From Lama glama (Eukaryota): a stretch of 64,000 bases of DNA. The notes under the pieces were generated by a model. That model had not been told where the DNA came from, searched no databases, and worked only from the letters and a program-made list of their open reading frames with translations. Below, piece after piece: positions 27,476-41,637 of this stretch (position 1 is the first letter of the stretch; every line of letters begins with the position of its first letter). The stretch is taken from the NCBI GenBank assembly GCA_028534125.1, contig CM052816.1:87856001-87920000 (forward strand), read 5' to 3'. The position numbers were made by a program, and so were the translations under genes.

Positions 27476-27700
27476 TGATTGATGTCACCAAGACAGTAGT
27501 GTAAAAGATTCCTGAATTTCCCTTCTTCCATGGGAATCACTGACTACACAGGTATACACTGATCAATCAATCCCGTGTGAAAGAAATCCAGAAACTAGTT
27601 GAGTGATTCCAATATATCAGGTGACTGAAGAAAATACTTGCATTGAAACAGGTAGGGAAAGTTGAGACAAGCTCTCGCCATAAAGGTCCACCTCCAGAAT
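27476..27700 (+). mobile_element. Old L1 5'-UTR fragment (L1M-type)
   Basis: gatgtcaccaagacagtagtgta...gaaagaaatccagaaactagttgagtgattcc...ggtagggaaagttgagacaagctctcgccataa resembles recalled L1M 5' ends. Confidence 0.55.
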
Positions 27701-27729
27701 GCGGTTAGAACTGACATTTACAGACTGAC

Positions 27730-28100
27730 CTTGGTCAAAGCCATCTTCATCTTGTATTTGAAAAATGTTCTCCAAATGTTACTAAGCTTTCATTTGGGAC
27801 CTTTTCTGGAGGGTAGCTAGATTTTAAACCACAATATGTATCCATCCTCTTTTCAAACACTTCAGTGGCCTTTCCTCTCCCTAGGACTAAATCCCCAAAT
27901 CCAAATTATAACCAACAAGATTCAACATAACAATCCTCCTGCTATTTTTCTCATGTCTTCCCTAGCACCTCCTCTCACTCACTGTGCTCTAGCCACAGTG
28001 ACCTCACTACTGTTCCTCCAATATACCAACCAGCTGCTGCCTCAGGGTCTTTGCACTTACTGTTCCTTCTACCTAAAATGCTCTTCTCCAGATATCTGCC
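27730..28100 (+). mobile_element. L2 fragment
   Basis: ctcactgtgctctagccacagtgacctc...ctgcctcagggtctttgcacttactgttccttctacctaaaatgctctt is a typical L2 3' region. Confidence 0.8.
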
Positions 28101-28779
28101 TATTTTGCACACCTGTTGAGTAACTTCCCTTCAACAAACTTGATATTTTTCTTTTGAAATATTCATTAGTAGAAAAGCTCTAATATATTTCTGGTAAGAA
28201 GGATATTCCCTGAACCCACATTCCCATTAGACTGGTGTTGAATTTCTAGGGGTAAGTTAACTTTCTTAAAATGCACATATGGCTACGCATAGGATGAAGA
28301 GAAGCAATTTTTTTAAAAAATTCTTTACATGGATACATGCTACAATATTTTATATTAAGGAAGATAATATGTTGACTAGAAGAAGTAGTATTGAGATGGG
28401 TGTTCTGATATTCTCCCACAAATGTTGTAGGAGAAACCAGTTGCATCTTAACATGAAAGTCAACATGAATTGTAAGGTTTTAGTTAAACTAAAAAGGAAA
28501 AATGAGAAAAATGTGTTATTCTTCCTTGGTCCTCTGTGTATCTAATACCTGTGAACTACTCTCTCTCTCTAATATTGGATTGTTTTACTTCCTGATATGG
28601 TAAATTTATGTTGAAATTATAACCATGGTGGCAGTTATATCTATCTATCGCTCAATCTATTAAACTATCGATGTAGCTACAGATATAAATAGATATGTAG
28701 ATTTATGTTCTTAAGATGCAGTGAGTCCTTCCATCATAATTTTAATTGTAATGTATTTTAATATCTAAATCTTAGTATA

Positions 28780-29130
28780 GTGGATACCAGAAGGGCTTTC
28801 TTAACATTGATCCCTCCCTTCCTTCTTCCTTGCAGAATCTCAGTATTACTCAGTTTTCTCCTCTTCCACAGGGTCTGTGCCTTAGTGGATGCTTGTCAAT
28901 GAGCATTTCTCCAATTCTCTTGTCTAACAGTAATACTGTTTCCTGGAGAGTAACTGGTTCAAGAATGGGCCTATTGACCCAATTCTGGTCAGTTAGTGTT
29001 GTTAGGAAAACCCCCGGGGAGTTTTATGAGGAAATATCAACGCTCCGGAGAGAGAGAAAGAGAGTAGTTTAGAGGAATACATCATCCCTCTTCTTTCTAT
29101 AGCTATGGATGCCTCTCAGGGCTATAGAGT
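28780..29130 (+). mobile_element. Old MaLR LTR remnant
   Basis: taactggttcaagaatgggcctattgacccaattctggtcagt resembles the MLT1J-type internal motif. Confidence 0.4.
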
Positions 29131-32100
29131 CATCCTCCCAAAGAATTATCAATTTTACTAATTTTTGTAATTAACATGCATTTTTCTTATGAGAAGGCTA
29201 ATCAGTACCAAACTATATTTATTGCTAGAAATGCTTCTATTGCAGTTAGCATTTCACCAAATAATATTTTCTAAAGAAGTTCGAGAAATATATTTGCTTC
29301 CCCAACATCTAGATCTAATATGTAGTTTTTGAGAATAAATATTTTCAGGATCTTTTCTAATGCTAAAGATTTTCACAAGACTTGATACCTAAGACAGCTT
29401 GCTCAAGAGCCATGCTCTCTTTCAAAATGGACAAGATGACTGTAAGTGTGCAATGAAGTGAAAATATATACAATAGGATCTTACTATGTTATTGTATTCT
29501 ATGAATTTTGGACTCCAGATGAAACTTACACATTCTCCTGGCACATTTAGGCTTATGTTGGCCATTTTTGATTTAAAATGATCAAAATCCTTCTTTCACA
29601 CCCATTGGATAAAAACATTTTTGGTTACCTTTCTTACATTAGTGCTTTCAAGGAAAAGCATCTTCCCAGTGCCTCTTCTTTTTTTTCCACAATCTCTGCT
29701 CTTTTCAAAGCAGTTCTCATAGTACAGCTGGACCTGCTTTAAATTATGGTCTTCCATTCAGGGCTCAAAAATGCTCTTATGGATTTTGTTTGCACTGAGA
29801 ATTGTTGGAATAGCTTATAAGATACACGAGGTTGTTAATTATTGATTTGGAGTCTCAAAATTATCGAGTTCTGAAGAAAACATGGATTGTTTGACTAGAA
29901 CTCCAGCTGCTTTCTCTAAGGAAACTCAACGTGTTTACCAGGCTTCACTGGGAAAAGCCATACAGGTGACACATGGCGATGTTTGCCAATGGTGAAGCAC
30001 GTGTCAGCTCTTTGAGACGTCCTTCCCAGTCGCAGCAGGTGTGTAGCTGTGTTGTGTTGCTTATGAACAGAATCTATTTTAAACATTGCCTGGAGAGGAT
30101 GGTCTGCTCTTGAAGCTCCTTCAGAAGTTGGTTATTCAGAACAGGGTCAGTCATGAAGGATTCTGGCTCCTTGCCTGAACCTCCTGTTATGTTTAGTTCA
30201 ATTAGATTCAAATATACAAAACATGCCGGTGAGAAGAGAAGGTCAATCGTTCAGAAATTACATTAGCCATATCTTGGAGATAATTTTTGCGGCGTCTAGT
30301 CTACCTGTATTACATATACAAGAATTAAAGAGAGCAATATAATTGACTGGCATCATATGGGAAGAATATATTAGAATCAAGTCAAAAATGTACATGTAAT
30401 AATAAGGTATTCATGATGTTATGAAGTGTCTGCTTGGCATATTGCCTTCATCATTTTCTGTTTCAGAGCAAATTACCTTTCTAAACTATTGATGGATCTT
30501 GTCTGTATCATGTTTTGTAAACAATTTTACTCTTAAATTTTCACAACACTGAGGTGTAAATGGAAAACAGTTCAGGCAGCTCACCTGAAAAGTTTAATCA
30601 TCAGCATTATTTTATTTTCTCCAACTCAGTGTACCACTCTCTTTTGTTTTCTTCTGTTATTCCTTTATTTTCTATTATCCCCATCCACTCTTTATACCTG
30701 CTATCACTTATTCTAATATAGGATTTTAAAATTAGAAAAAAAATATTGCCAAAATGAATGTTTACCAGAAGAGTTGATTTGAAGGAAGATTTACAAAATA
30801 ATTTATTTTTCAACTGAAGATATTGATCTGTTTTTCTTTACTATAGATACTAATTATCACATGATGTGTCAAATTATAATGATGTACTTTGATTTATTGT
30901 ATCTGCATATGTTCATTTCCCCCCAATGAATTGTGAGTTTTTAAATTTTAACAGACAGGTTAAAAAATCTATAAAAACACACATGTATACACACATTCAT
31001 AGTTATGTAGATATCAATTCAAGGCAGTATGGATATAGCTTGCTCTGTAATGTGTAATGTTTTCTTATATTGTTGTTACACATAATTAGGGTGATAAAAT
31101 TAAATACCCTACAGTGATACTTGAAGATTTTCTCTTTTTTTGCAGATAAACAAATGGGTTTTCAAATCTACAGTTTTATTTTTTAAAAGGAGAAAAATTG
31201 ATAACAATTTTTTTACTTTCTTCTTTTAAAACTTCATATCAGCTTATAAAATGTGGACATTGGTACACTTTCTTTTGTATAAACTAATTAAAACTGATCA
31301 TATAAATTTAATAATGAATGGCGCCATTGGGGCTATAGATTAACAATTATTTTAACTGATGGAATTTTGTTACTTGAGTTGCATGTCAGTGTGCTTACTG
31401 GGATTATAGGACAGGAGAGTGTCAACCAATTTAATTCCAAGTAAACTTCAGTAAAATATGAGTCATATTTCTGTGTGTTGTCTTAAAATTTATAGGCCTT
31501 ATCTAGTTTTCCTCGTCCCAGTTTATATCAGTCACTATCAAAAATACAGCCATGACACTGATAAAATGTCGCTGTTCATGTTGTTCAGAAAGTCCTGCTC
31601 CTTAGGAGAGTCTCTATAAAACACCATTCTGACTCTGAAGAAATGGCATTTGGTGTTTGATCACTCACATTAATATTGTTTTATTTTTATATCAAACAGT
31701 AAAACAGCAGTAACATTGAATTACTGATGACATTTTTATTAGCAAACTGTGGACTTGAGATGATGCTTCTAGTTTACTGGACCAGGGTAGCAAGCCAACA
31801 AGTTAGAGTGTTTGAAACACACAGGGGCTTGTACATGAGCAAAATGTCCTGTTAGCCGCATCCACAAGGTCCCTAAATACCATCTAAAGTGTCCACATAC
31901 AGAAGGATATCTCTTATAGTATAGCCTTGGTAAATATATGTTGAAATAATGAAATTACTGGGAGTTCAAGAAAGAAGGAGAAAGGCAGAGAGAGAGGTCC
32001 GGGGGGAGGGAAAGAGAGAAGTTTGCTTCTCAACTATAAAGATAAAAATATTTCTTTTTTTGTTTTACAATGTATTAGAATCATCTAGAAATCAAAATAA

Positions 32101-35100
32101 TCATTTCAAGCATAATATTCCAATACAAAAACAATTTCATTGGACACTAAGAATAACCAGTCATTAAAAATTTGTAATGCTATCTTACTATTCATCATTT
32201 TGGTGTTATTGGTGTTCTCCCAAAGGTAAATGCTGGATGCAATGGTTCTGTGTTCATTAGGCAGTTAATGGTAGAAAATAAGGGCATTTATATTTAATGC
32301 ACCAAATACTTTTATCATTTATAGTTCTTTAAATTTTTATTTTGCCAGTATTTCAAGGAAATGACTTATAGTTCTATGATTTTATAACTCAAAGTTACTT
32401 TCAGGTCTGTATAGAGAATATTTCCAAATAGCTTTTTAAAAAATATCATCATTATATACAGCTCTCTGGAAAATAATTAAACTTCATGTAAAAGTTTTTC
32501 TAGTGCTTTGAAATTCCCAAAATACCTCAACATAATTGGCATATGTTAAGAGAAAATATTGATGAAACTAATTGAACATAGTGATTTTTCCTTTTAGTTA
32601 TTTAATCTTATATAGGAAATATATTTTTTTTCTGGTTCTTCAGAAAGTATATGATTAATCCTTACAGATTATGTGTGAAGGACTATTATGCCCTCAAAAG
32701 TACCTGTGTTAATATTTCAGGGAATCTCTAAAATAGCTTCTGAAATGGCTGTTTTTTTGTTTATACTCTTCCTTCCCCAAGATTATGGCCTGTTTTTTTT
32801 CATATATGATACAAATTCTCACCTTTTTTTCATTCATTTTAATAATTATTTTAGAGTGGTATATGAATAATACATTCATAATGGTGGTTGATTTTATCAT
32901 TGCAATTCAAACACGTCAAGCAAAAGTTTTGTTTTTATTTCCATACATGGTAAAGCTTTATAATTTTTGCAAATTTTCTATTCTGTTCTTTAGCCACTAC
33001 TTTTAATATCTCATAAACAGTATAATTTATGATTTAAAAAAAACACATGCCTTGTGTTTATACCTCTACAAGGAGAAAGGAATAAATACATCTCATAGTG
33101 CAATAGTTTTCAACAGAAGGACTACCTTCTGAAATATGGTTTTCATATATATCTCTTGGTACCTACGAAGTAAAGAGTTATTTTAGGACTAGCATTTTTT
33201 CTTATGTGCTACTTTAATTATACTATATATCTTTTTTATTTAATTTCATTATTAGTTTTAAACATAAACTCCCCTAATGAACAGTTTGTTGAATACCCAT
33301 TAAATTAAAAAGAAAGAAATAATCATTAAAGTAATTAAGAAAACGATAGCTGTTCTTCATAAATTCTCTGTAACCTGTGTTTAATAATATCCCAGCCCAC
33401 AGGAGCAAATTTTAGCCAATACGCGTTGTTCTGTTCAAGATTCTCGGTCTAATTTACAAGCTATAACACTACTGCAAAGTGAGAATTTGTCTTTTTACTG
33501 TTAATTTTCAGGTAATTCTGTTGTTTGCTGGTATAACATAAATAGATGTTAAAATGGAATGTAAAGAGAGTCTATAGATTAAAATTTCATGATTTTCATG
33601 AATAGGTTCTGTTTCTATAGACAGTTTCTCAGTATTAGCAAGATTTATCTTGAGGGTACTGAGTGTATTGTCTTGTTTTCCCATGTTCTGTGCACATTGC
33701 AATTCAAGTCACAAAACACGGCATTGTTATGTGAAACTGTAAAAGAAGATGCTAAGCTGACAATTTCAGTGTGATTTACTAACTGTCATTGCTCCATTTT
33801 ATTTATTCATAAATCTAATAAAGATGATAAGTTAGCATTCCACCCATTTCTTACAACAGAGTAGAGAAAGTAAGGAGAGGTACAAATCCTTTATGCAGTT
33901 TTCTCCCGTGAATCATCCTGGCTGTTAAAGAATTATGAACTCTCACTTTTGCCACAATAGTTTGTAAACAAGGCAGAAACTAGTTTGGCATGAATCTATT
34001 TTCTGGTGAATGGAGGTAGTGAGAATATGAACAGGGAAATCTGTCCAATTCCAATGTAATATGAAGAATATTGGAAAAATAAAGATAACATTGTGATGCA
34101 TTGTATCATAACAATAAGGTTGCCCAAATAAGTTTTCTTTACTAGCTACTCAGTAATTTTCCTTTTGTCCTTAAAAAGTACAGAATATGAAGGAGCATTA
34201 ACTCATCTCTTTCAAATTGTTTTGGAGGTATGTGTGTGGATTTTCTGCATATTCTGATTAAAAAATTGAGATTCTTATCCAAAACAGCCAAATAATTTTG
34301 AGCTCTGTGTTTTATGTTTTTGAACCTCTAAATTATGATTTCAAATTGATTTTCTAAATCACTGTATCTCTATAGCATCATAGTCACACCCTTATTTATC
34401 AATAGATATTACTTTTTTCACTGATTTTGTATTACCCTTTAAAGTGTCACTTGGGAAGATTAAAAAGTAACCAAAGATAAGTTAGTTATTTAAAATAAAG
34501 TATAACATGGATATAAAATAGTGTCAAGTGTATATGTGGGTGGGAATCAGAAAGGGGCTAGCCTACCTGGAAGTAAGACTTTGGCATTCTTGACTCCGCT
34601 GAAAGAATAAATACAAAGAACACCTGGAGTGGAGGTTAAAGTGAACATGAAGAAAAAGGAAATACCACTGCAAGGGCACACATTTGAGCTTGAAATGTAA
34701 GGTAAAGTAAACAAGCTTTCGGAAAAAATCAAAAAGCAATGATCTAGAATTATTGAGGAGAAAATATCTCGAAAAGTTTACAAATGAAGTGGGAGTTACT
34801 TTGTTGAAACCATAAACATCATCACAAAACATAGTATTTTACCAAATACTTGAGTAATGGGCATTCTGAGACATTCATGTTATGTCCATCATATTAATTT
34901 ACTTCTGTGCCCTTTTAACATCATACAAAGAAAACCAAAATCTTATTTTAGATATCACGCCTAGAAATTTGTTTTTGACAAAAGCATAGAAAGTCAGTTA
35001 GTTTAAACTGCAAATATACTTGGTCCTAGAAGTGATAGCAAGATGATTAAAAAGAAAAATGGGTATAAGTACGCATTTTTATTCCAAAAAATGAGAATGG

Positions 35101-36064
35101 AACACACCATAATAAATACTGTTCTGGGGGAAGTTGGTATCACATTACTACAAAGAAGAAATGTCCTCAAAATGACTAAGAGAGAGAATTTGTGAAGTCG
35201 TTAGGAGGGGGTGATAATTGCTGCTATGAATCTGATAGTGTAAAATTCCTCAAAATACTAGTGGCTTTGGTTGGAGATCTACTCAATTCAAGAATTATAG
35301 TGCTCATAATTATGAATGGACAACTTAAATATTCCCCTCCAAGAAGCTGTAAAAACAATGTGATTAATATAACAATCAAACTAGGTTGATATACTGAGAA
35401 ACAAAAGGTATTTCTTTGATGAATTCATGTTATCTTTAATTATCTTACTTTTATTATGGAAGCTATAATTCTAATTAGAAGAAATAGAGGAAAGAATAAT
35501 ACATTTTTTTTTTTTAGAATAGGATAAATTTAGCATGCAGAGGTGGTGACCAGCCTTCATCTCTCATATCTGATTAAGAGATTTACGCTTTTCCAGGACA
35601 AATTCAGGCTAATTAAAATCATGCTTGTGTTTTCATTAATGGGAGAAGAACAGTAATTTCTCAAGCTCATGATAAAAACTAAATACTATGTAATAGCAAG
35701 TTAAGCTCTAGTTTTGGATATCAGAGATCAGAAGAGTAAATGATTCACAAACCTTTATGAAAAATGAGTTTATTTATTTATTTTTACCAGAAAGTAAATT
35801 ATGTTTATATACACATAATCTCAACTTTCCTTTGGAAATATACTTTACCCACTAATAAATATTAAAATAGTAACATTAAAAGTCTGCAAAGCCCATTTTT
35901 TAAAAATTTAACAGGAAAATATAACACCTATGTCCTCACCATGGTCTAAAAGGTGAATATATTATATGCTATTTCAAAATTTGGTGTGGTCAATGTCCTT
36001 TTACATTTGTATCTATTTTTTTCAGTAAAGTACTTGTTATTGGGATAATTTTAATAATACTAAG

Positions 36065-36242
36065 TAGCTACCGATATTTAGAAATAAGTATTACTGAGAC
36101 TCCTGAATGTTTCCCTGAACTCTTTAGATCCGAAAGGTAGGTACTGTTATTATCCCCATTTTACAAATTTAAAGACTGAGGTTTTGAGGACTTAAATCAT
36201 TTGTTCTAACTTTGGAGTTATTAAACAGTAAAGCCGAGACCA
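36065..36242 (-). mobile_element. MIR SINE
   Basis: aggtaggtactgttattatccccattttacaaatttaaagactgagg is the MIR core. Confidence 0.8.
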
Positions 36243-37489
36243 GAAAAAAACTTATAGCACTGTCCAAGTCTATACTGTCTGCAAAAAGAGTGACAGAGGT
36301 GAAAATATTAGGAACTTGAATTCCATCCTGCTCTAAGACAATCCAGAAGGGGTCACACTACCTACAAAAAAAAATAATCAAGGGCGACATGTCACTGCAA
36401 AGGACTTACTCTATTGCCAAATGAGGATGGAGTTCTCATTTTATAAGCAGCCTAATGGGATAGTTATGGTCCCTTAAGTGATAAAGTTGGGAAGTGAACG
36501 CAGGCAACCAGGGAGCTAGAGACACATAACCTTTCCACAGGTTTTGTTTTGATAGCTTTGAAGTTTCCCAGGGTTTTGAACAATGAAACAGAATATATTA
36601 TAAATAATTGTATAAAACGTCTGTTGTACCGAGATCCCCGATGTTTTCTCGCACAAAGGAATGTTCTTAGAGGATCTAAATTATAGTAGTTAAGGTTTTA
36701 AGTGTCACTGCTCTTCAAAGTTCTCACCCTGAGTAATTGGCCAATTAATCCACCTCAACAAATACAAAATCAATACTTTTCTTGGTCAAAGTGTTTCTGA
36801 ACTGTCCAAAATTAAGTCACAATTAGCATGTTTCTCATTTTAAAAGGAAATCTACGTGGGACCTTACTCACCTACATAAACTAATTCGCTTATTCTTTAA
36901 CCTCTGTATCTCTGAGTATCCTCTCTTCCCTCCTACCCCCAAGTTACATGTATATATGGTTTGCCTGCTCCTTATAGTAGAACACATAACATTGGTATTA
37001 GCACAAATTAGGGAAGGTCCAGGCTTCTGGACAACTCCACTCTAGATCCATCTATTTCCTTTATAATTCATGAAGGCAACTGGGAGGCCTTTCTATATTA
37101 TCCCAATTTCCCTCATCCTGATTAACTTGGATATGTTAAATTACACAATATGTCACACAACAAAAATTAAAATGGGATAGGAATACACATGGCCTGAGAC
37201 ATCATCTATGAACATTACCCTAAAAACTGGAAATACCCTGTCTTACTCCTTATTCTAAACGTGTTATATTGAGCCAACACTTATCAAAGAAAAGGGAGAA
37301 GGCCGGTCTAAGAAAAATCTTTAAAGGTCAGATTTTAAGGTCCCCTGTGGCAGCCCCTTCATTCATGTAATTAACTGCTATGTATTAGACACACATTATG
37401 AGCTGAGCAATGAAAGGGGCACTTGTGATACAACAAGAATTAAAATGTGCTCTCAGTACTAGAGAGACTCAAATATCTTGCAACGGGCA

Positions 37490-38055
37490 GTGTTAGTTTC
37501 CTTATTCTGTGTAACAAACTGCTACAAATTTTGTGGCATAAACAAACGCCCATTTATTATCGCACGTTTCTGTATCTCAGAAGTCTGGGCAGGCTCAACT
37601 GGGCTCTTTGATTAGGGTATCACAAGGGAGAGGTCAAGGTTTCAGTTAAGAGGTGGCCTCTTAACTGGGGGATCTAAGAAGAGTCAGATTACAAACTCAT
37701 TCAGGTTGATGGCAGAGTTAAATTCTCATGGTTGTAGGATTGAGGTCCCATTTTCTCGTTGGGTGTCAGCTGAGAGTCTCTCTCAAATAGCAGAGGCTAG
37801 TCTCAGGTCCTTCCCATGGGGCCTGCATTGTTAAGCCAGCAACAGCTAGCTCCCTGTTTTTTCAAATCTTTGGCTTCCTCTTCTGCCCCTTGTTGGCCAA
37901 AATGCTGTGCTTTTCAACGGTGCATTAAATGAGATTAGGCTCACTGGGTAATCTTTTTACCGTCAGTTGTAACCTTAATTACATTACAGAAACCTATTTT
38001 ACTATTACGAAGAATGAGGGTCATTGGGATAATCTTGGAATTCTACCCACCAACA
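37490..38055 (-). mobile_element. MaLR LTR (MLT1E-like)
   Basis: tgttagtttcctt...gtaacaaactgctacaaa...aaactcattcaggttgatggcagagtt...ggttgtaggattgaggtccc...atcttggaattctacccacc. Confidence 0.85.
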
Positions 38056-38430
38056 CAGAACAGCCTTTGCGGAGATACCTTTACGCTTGCATTTGATGCT
38101 GCAGTACTTAGTAAATGCAAACATCTGAATGTAAAAATAAACGCTAAGAAAGAAAAAGGAAGATTGTGGAAAAGTAGCTAAAGGGATCACCAAGCTTCTC
38201 TTTCCCAAAATGAAGCTAGTTAATAATCTGTGTCTGAACCCATTGTTCCGTATTCTGTTTCATGTTCTACGCCTGATCCCTAGGTATTTAGTTTTTGTTG
38301 AAGCTGCTGTTTGTGCTGTTGTTATTGTGAGACAACCGCTATGTATTTGATGTTAACATTATAAAAGATTGACTTTCCCTTGGGGAATTTTGCAGAAAGT
38401 TTCTAAATCTTTAATCAACAGAGTGTCTAT

Positions 38431-38793
38431 GTGTATCAGTCAGGTTTACACCAGAGAAAAAGGACCAGTGGGCATAAATACGAAGAATTGTATTGCCAAG
38501 AACTGGCTAATGAAAATGTAGGAGTTGGTTGGGCAAGTTTGGTATTTGCAGGATAGGCTATCAGCGAGCAGGCTGGGGCTTCAGGGCACAGGCTTAGGCT
38601 GCTGTCCACAGGTTGAGCACCCTCCCCTGCAACCCAAGCCTCAGCTGTGCTCTTAAAGACTTTCAATGGACTGAATCAAGCCCACCCAAATTATCATATC
38701 TGTAAGTACTTTCATCGCAACACCTATTTGCTGTTTGATTACAGAGCTGGGTACTATAGCTTAGTCAAATTGACATATAAAAAACACCATCAC
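38431..38793 (-). mobile_element. ERVL LTR (MLT2-like)
   Basis: tgtatcagtcaggttt...ccagagaaa...gctgctgtccacagg...gcccacccaaattatc...ctatagcttagtcaaattgacatataaaa...catcac. Confidence 0.85.
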
Positions 38794-41637
38794 TGGTTCT
38801 TGTGTTTGTCTCTAAAGAAACAAAGACATCTGCTTTTTTTCCAAGGTGTCATTACACCACACTCCTTTAAAATGAGCCCTTGCTGTTTTACATTAATTTC
38901 CTCAAATGCATATTAGACTGTCAGAGACACCTATCCAGAATTGTCATGAGCAAGGGCTGGGTGGCCTTGTGCATGACTCAGCCGTCATGATAATTTCAAA
39001 ATGATCATCCACTTACCTATTTTATTCTGATGTACAAAGTAGGTAGACGTCAATAGCTCAAGTCACTTTCTCTTTCCATATTTTAGAATGTCATTTTGAT
39101 ATTGCAGTGTGTTCAAAGTCAATTCATCCTTCAAGTTCTAGAGCTGCTCATTGGTGTCAAGGTAGTAAAAAGGTTTCAGGTCAAACATGAAGTGTCACAT
39201 TCTTACATATTGTTTCCACTCAAGTCAGTATCTGCCCATATTCAGGAGAAAGACCTTGAATGTGCTACAATATAGAAAGGCAACCCGTATTTTTAGCAAA
39301 CTTTTGTGGTTAGCTTGGATCTCTCAGCAAATCTGTTTTTTTTCACGTAGACATAAAAGCCAAGCCTTCCCTAAGATTACCTGAATTCATATATCATACT
39401 ATGGAATGACAGATTGACACTTTCTCTTCCCTAGGTAATTTCTGAGTGCACAAATAAAAGGAGAAAGAAAAGGTCATTCATTTATCTATAAAAATGTTTA
39501 GTCAATAAACTTTTCTCTAAACTACAGTGTTTTTGTCTTGAAAGTTTAAAGATAAAAAAATATTAAAAGCTTACTGCAAAGCTATAATCCTTTTTAGGTC
39601 TTTCTAAATGTCATTTCAGTTGTATTAACAATAATTGCTGTCATTTTCTTCACCATTTATTTCTAGAGGATATATAGGCCTGAAAAACTGGGAAGACAAA
39701 GTGACTAGTTTTAATTGTTATATGAAACAGCATATTGACTTCTTTTGCTTTCATATTTAAGAATTTATATTTGAGTAAAATATTTTTTTCCCCCAGAGCT
39801 TATATCCTCAGGTCAAGTTCTTTCTGAGAACTTGACTTTCTTTGTGGTTCCATTGTCGGGGAAAACCTGACCCTGATCTTGCTCTGCAATTTGCACACGG
39901 AGTTTTTATCACCAGAATATTGCCTCTCGGGCCAGCTCTCATAAATGCATCAGTTTCTCATAGCTCCCTCCTATACTGACTAGAGCATCTTTCTTTTTTC
40001 TTACTTAATCTCTTCTTCTCCATAGTCACAGAATACTGAGAAGCCATTGCATACAGTGCTTGGGTGAGTCAAGTCCCAACACTAAACTATGAATAGATTA
40101 GGGCAGATTTTCTATCCTAAGACTCCTCCTTTTCCTGGGTCAATGCCATAAATCTCTCTCGCTTGCATGACAGCAATAATCTGGAGGCCTAATGTAAAAC
40201 CGAAGAATGGCATCTTTCTAGTAAGTGTTTCCATGCTGTCAGGTAACAAGACTCAACGGTAGAGAAGTGCCCCTAGGGTTGCTTCGTCTGAGGACCGTAT
40301 CAGCAAAAATCCGTCACAAAGTCAACCCCACTGTACTAAATCAAACACAAACATTTGTTTAGACTGGTTCTTCTCAGTGCCTTTTGTAAGCTCAAAAGAG
40401 TATGTCAGCCCTCATCTTAGGGCAACACAAGGGATGTCCCCAACTTCGGAGGGCTTCAGGGCTCATCTGTATCCCTAAGTCACTTATGCTTACTACCAAT
40501 TTCAGACCTGCTAAGCATTCAGTATTTACCCCTAAAACATCAGACTGTTAACACATCTGTGACCTTGAACCGGCTTGTCTATTTCCCTAGTTCTTGCAAA
40601 ACAGACTGAATTTAGTAGATGACCCTAGGAGGGTTGTCTCAATAAAGGTCATTAGCTAAGATGCCCATTCAAGGATATATCAAAACTCAATTCAGAAAAA
40701 CCTGAGTTTTCCATCAAGCTGCTCACTTTGAGAGTGATCAGAGTTCACTAGAGCAAGGATACCAGTTTTCCTATTATATCTAAGTATTTGCATCATAATG
40801 ATTCCGGAATAATTAAAATCACTTCAAGTTACTTATAAAAGGGTTACTCTGGTTGTTCTTATTAAAATGTTTATCTATTTAAATTGTTGCTGAATCACCT
40901 TGCTTTAGAGTGAAATTTATAATTAGGTGAAATTTTTCCTTAATTAAAGCTAGTAAAAGCAGAATATATCAAGTTAGTTTTACCACAGCCCATCATTTTG
41001 CAGCTAACTGCAAGTATGTGTGTCCTCTGTCATTAATATAATAAATTGTATGCTTTGACTAAAACTGAAGATGTAAATTGTGAACTATTAATTTTGTCAA
41101 GAAATATTTATTAATAATATATGATTCTCACATTTTCGTATCCATAGCACTGAGTTTAAAATTAGAAAAAAAAACCTTAAAATGATAAGCTTATAAAATG
41201 AAAAATAACTCATTTTAAAGTGGAGAAGAGTACATATTCAATGAGACTTAAAAACTTTCAATTACATTGTAAAGTTGGCTTGTCATTATAAACTATGACT
41301 TACCTAAAAAGACACGTTAAAATAACTAGTGTTTTCTCTGTTGGAAATGAAGAACCTAATTCTTGATCTTTAGATAAGAAAAATAACACTATGTGATAAA
41401 GGTAAATGGTCCTTGCTTTGTAGCCCCTTTGAGAGAACTGCCCTGAATGAAGTAGTTCTGGTGTGATGAATTGTGATAGCTTTTCATATTTCCAAGCAGG
41501 GCAGAAGCACCTGGAAATCGAATTCTCCAAAGATTTTGTCTGTGCTGCTTTTAAACAGAATAGTAAAATGATGGAGCAGGTAAACATCTGCCAGTTACAG
41601 AAAACCAATATTCTGTTCAATTGGGCATTATATTGTG

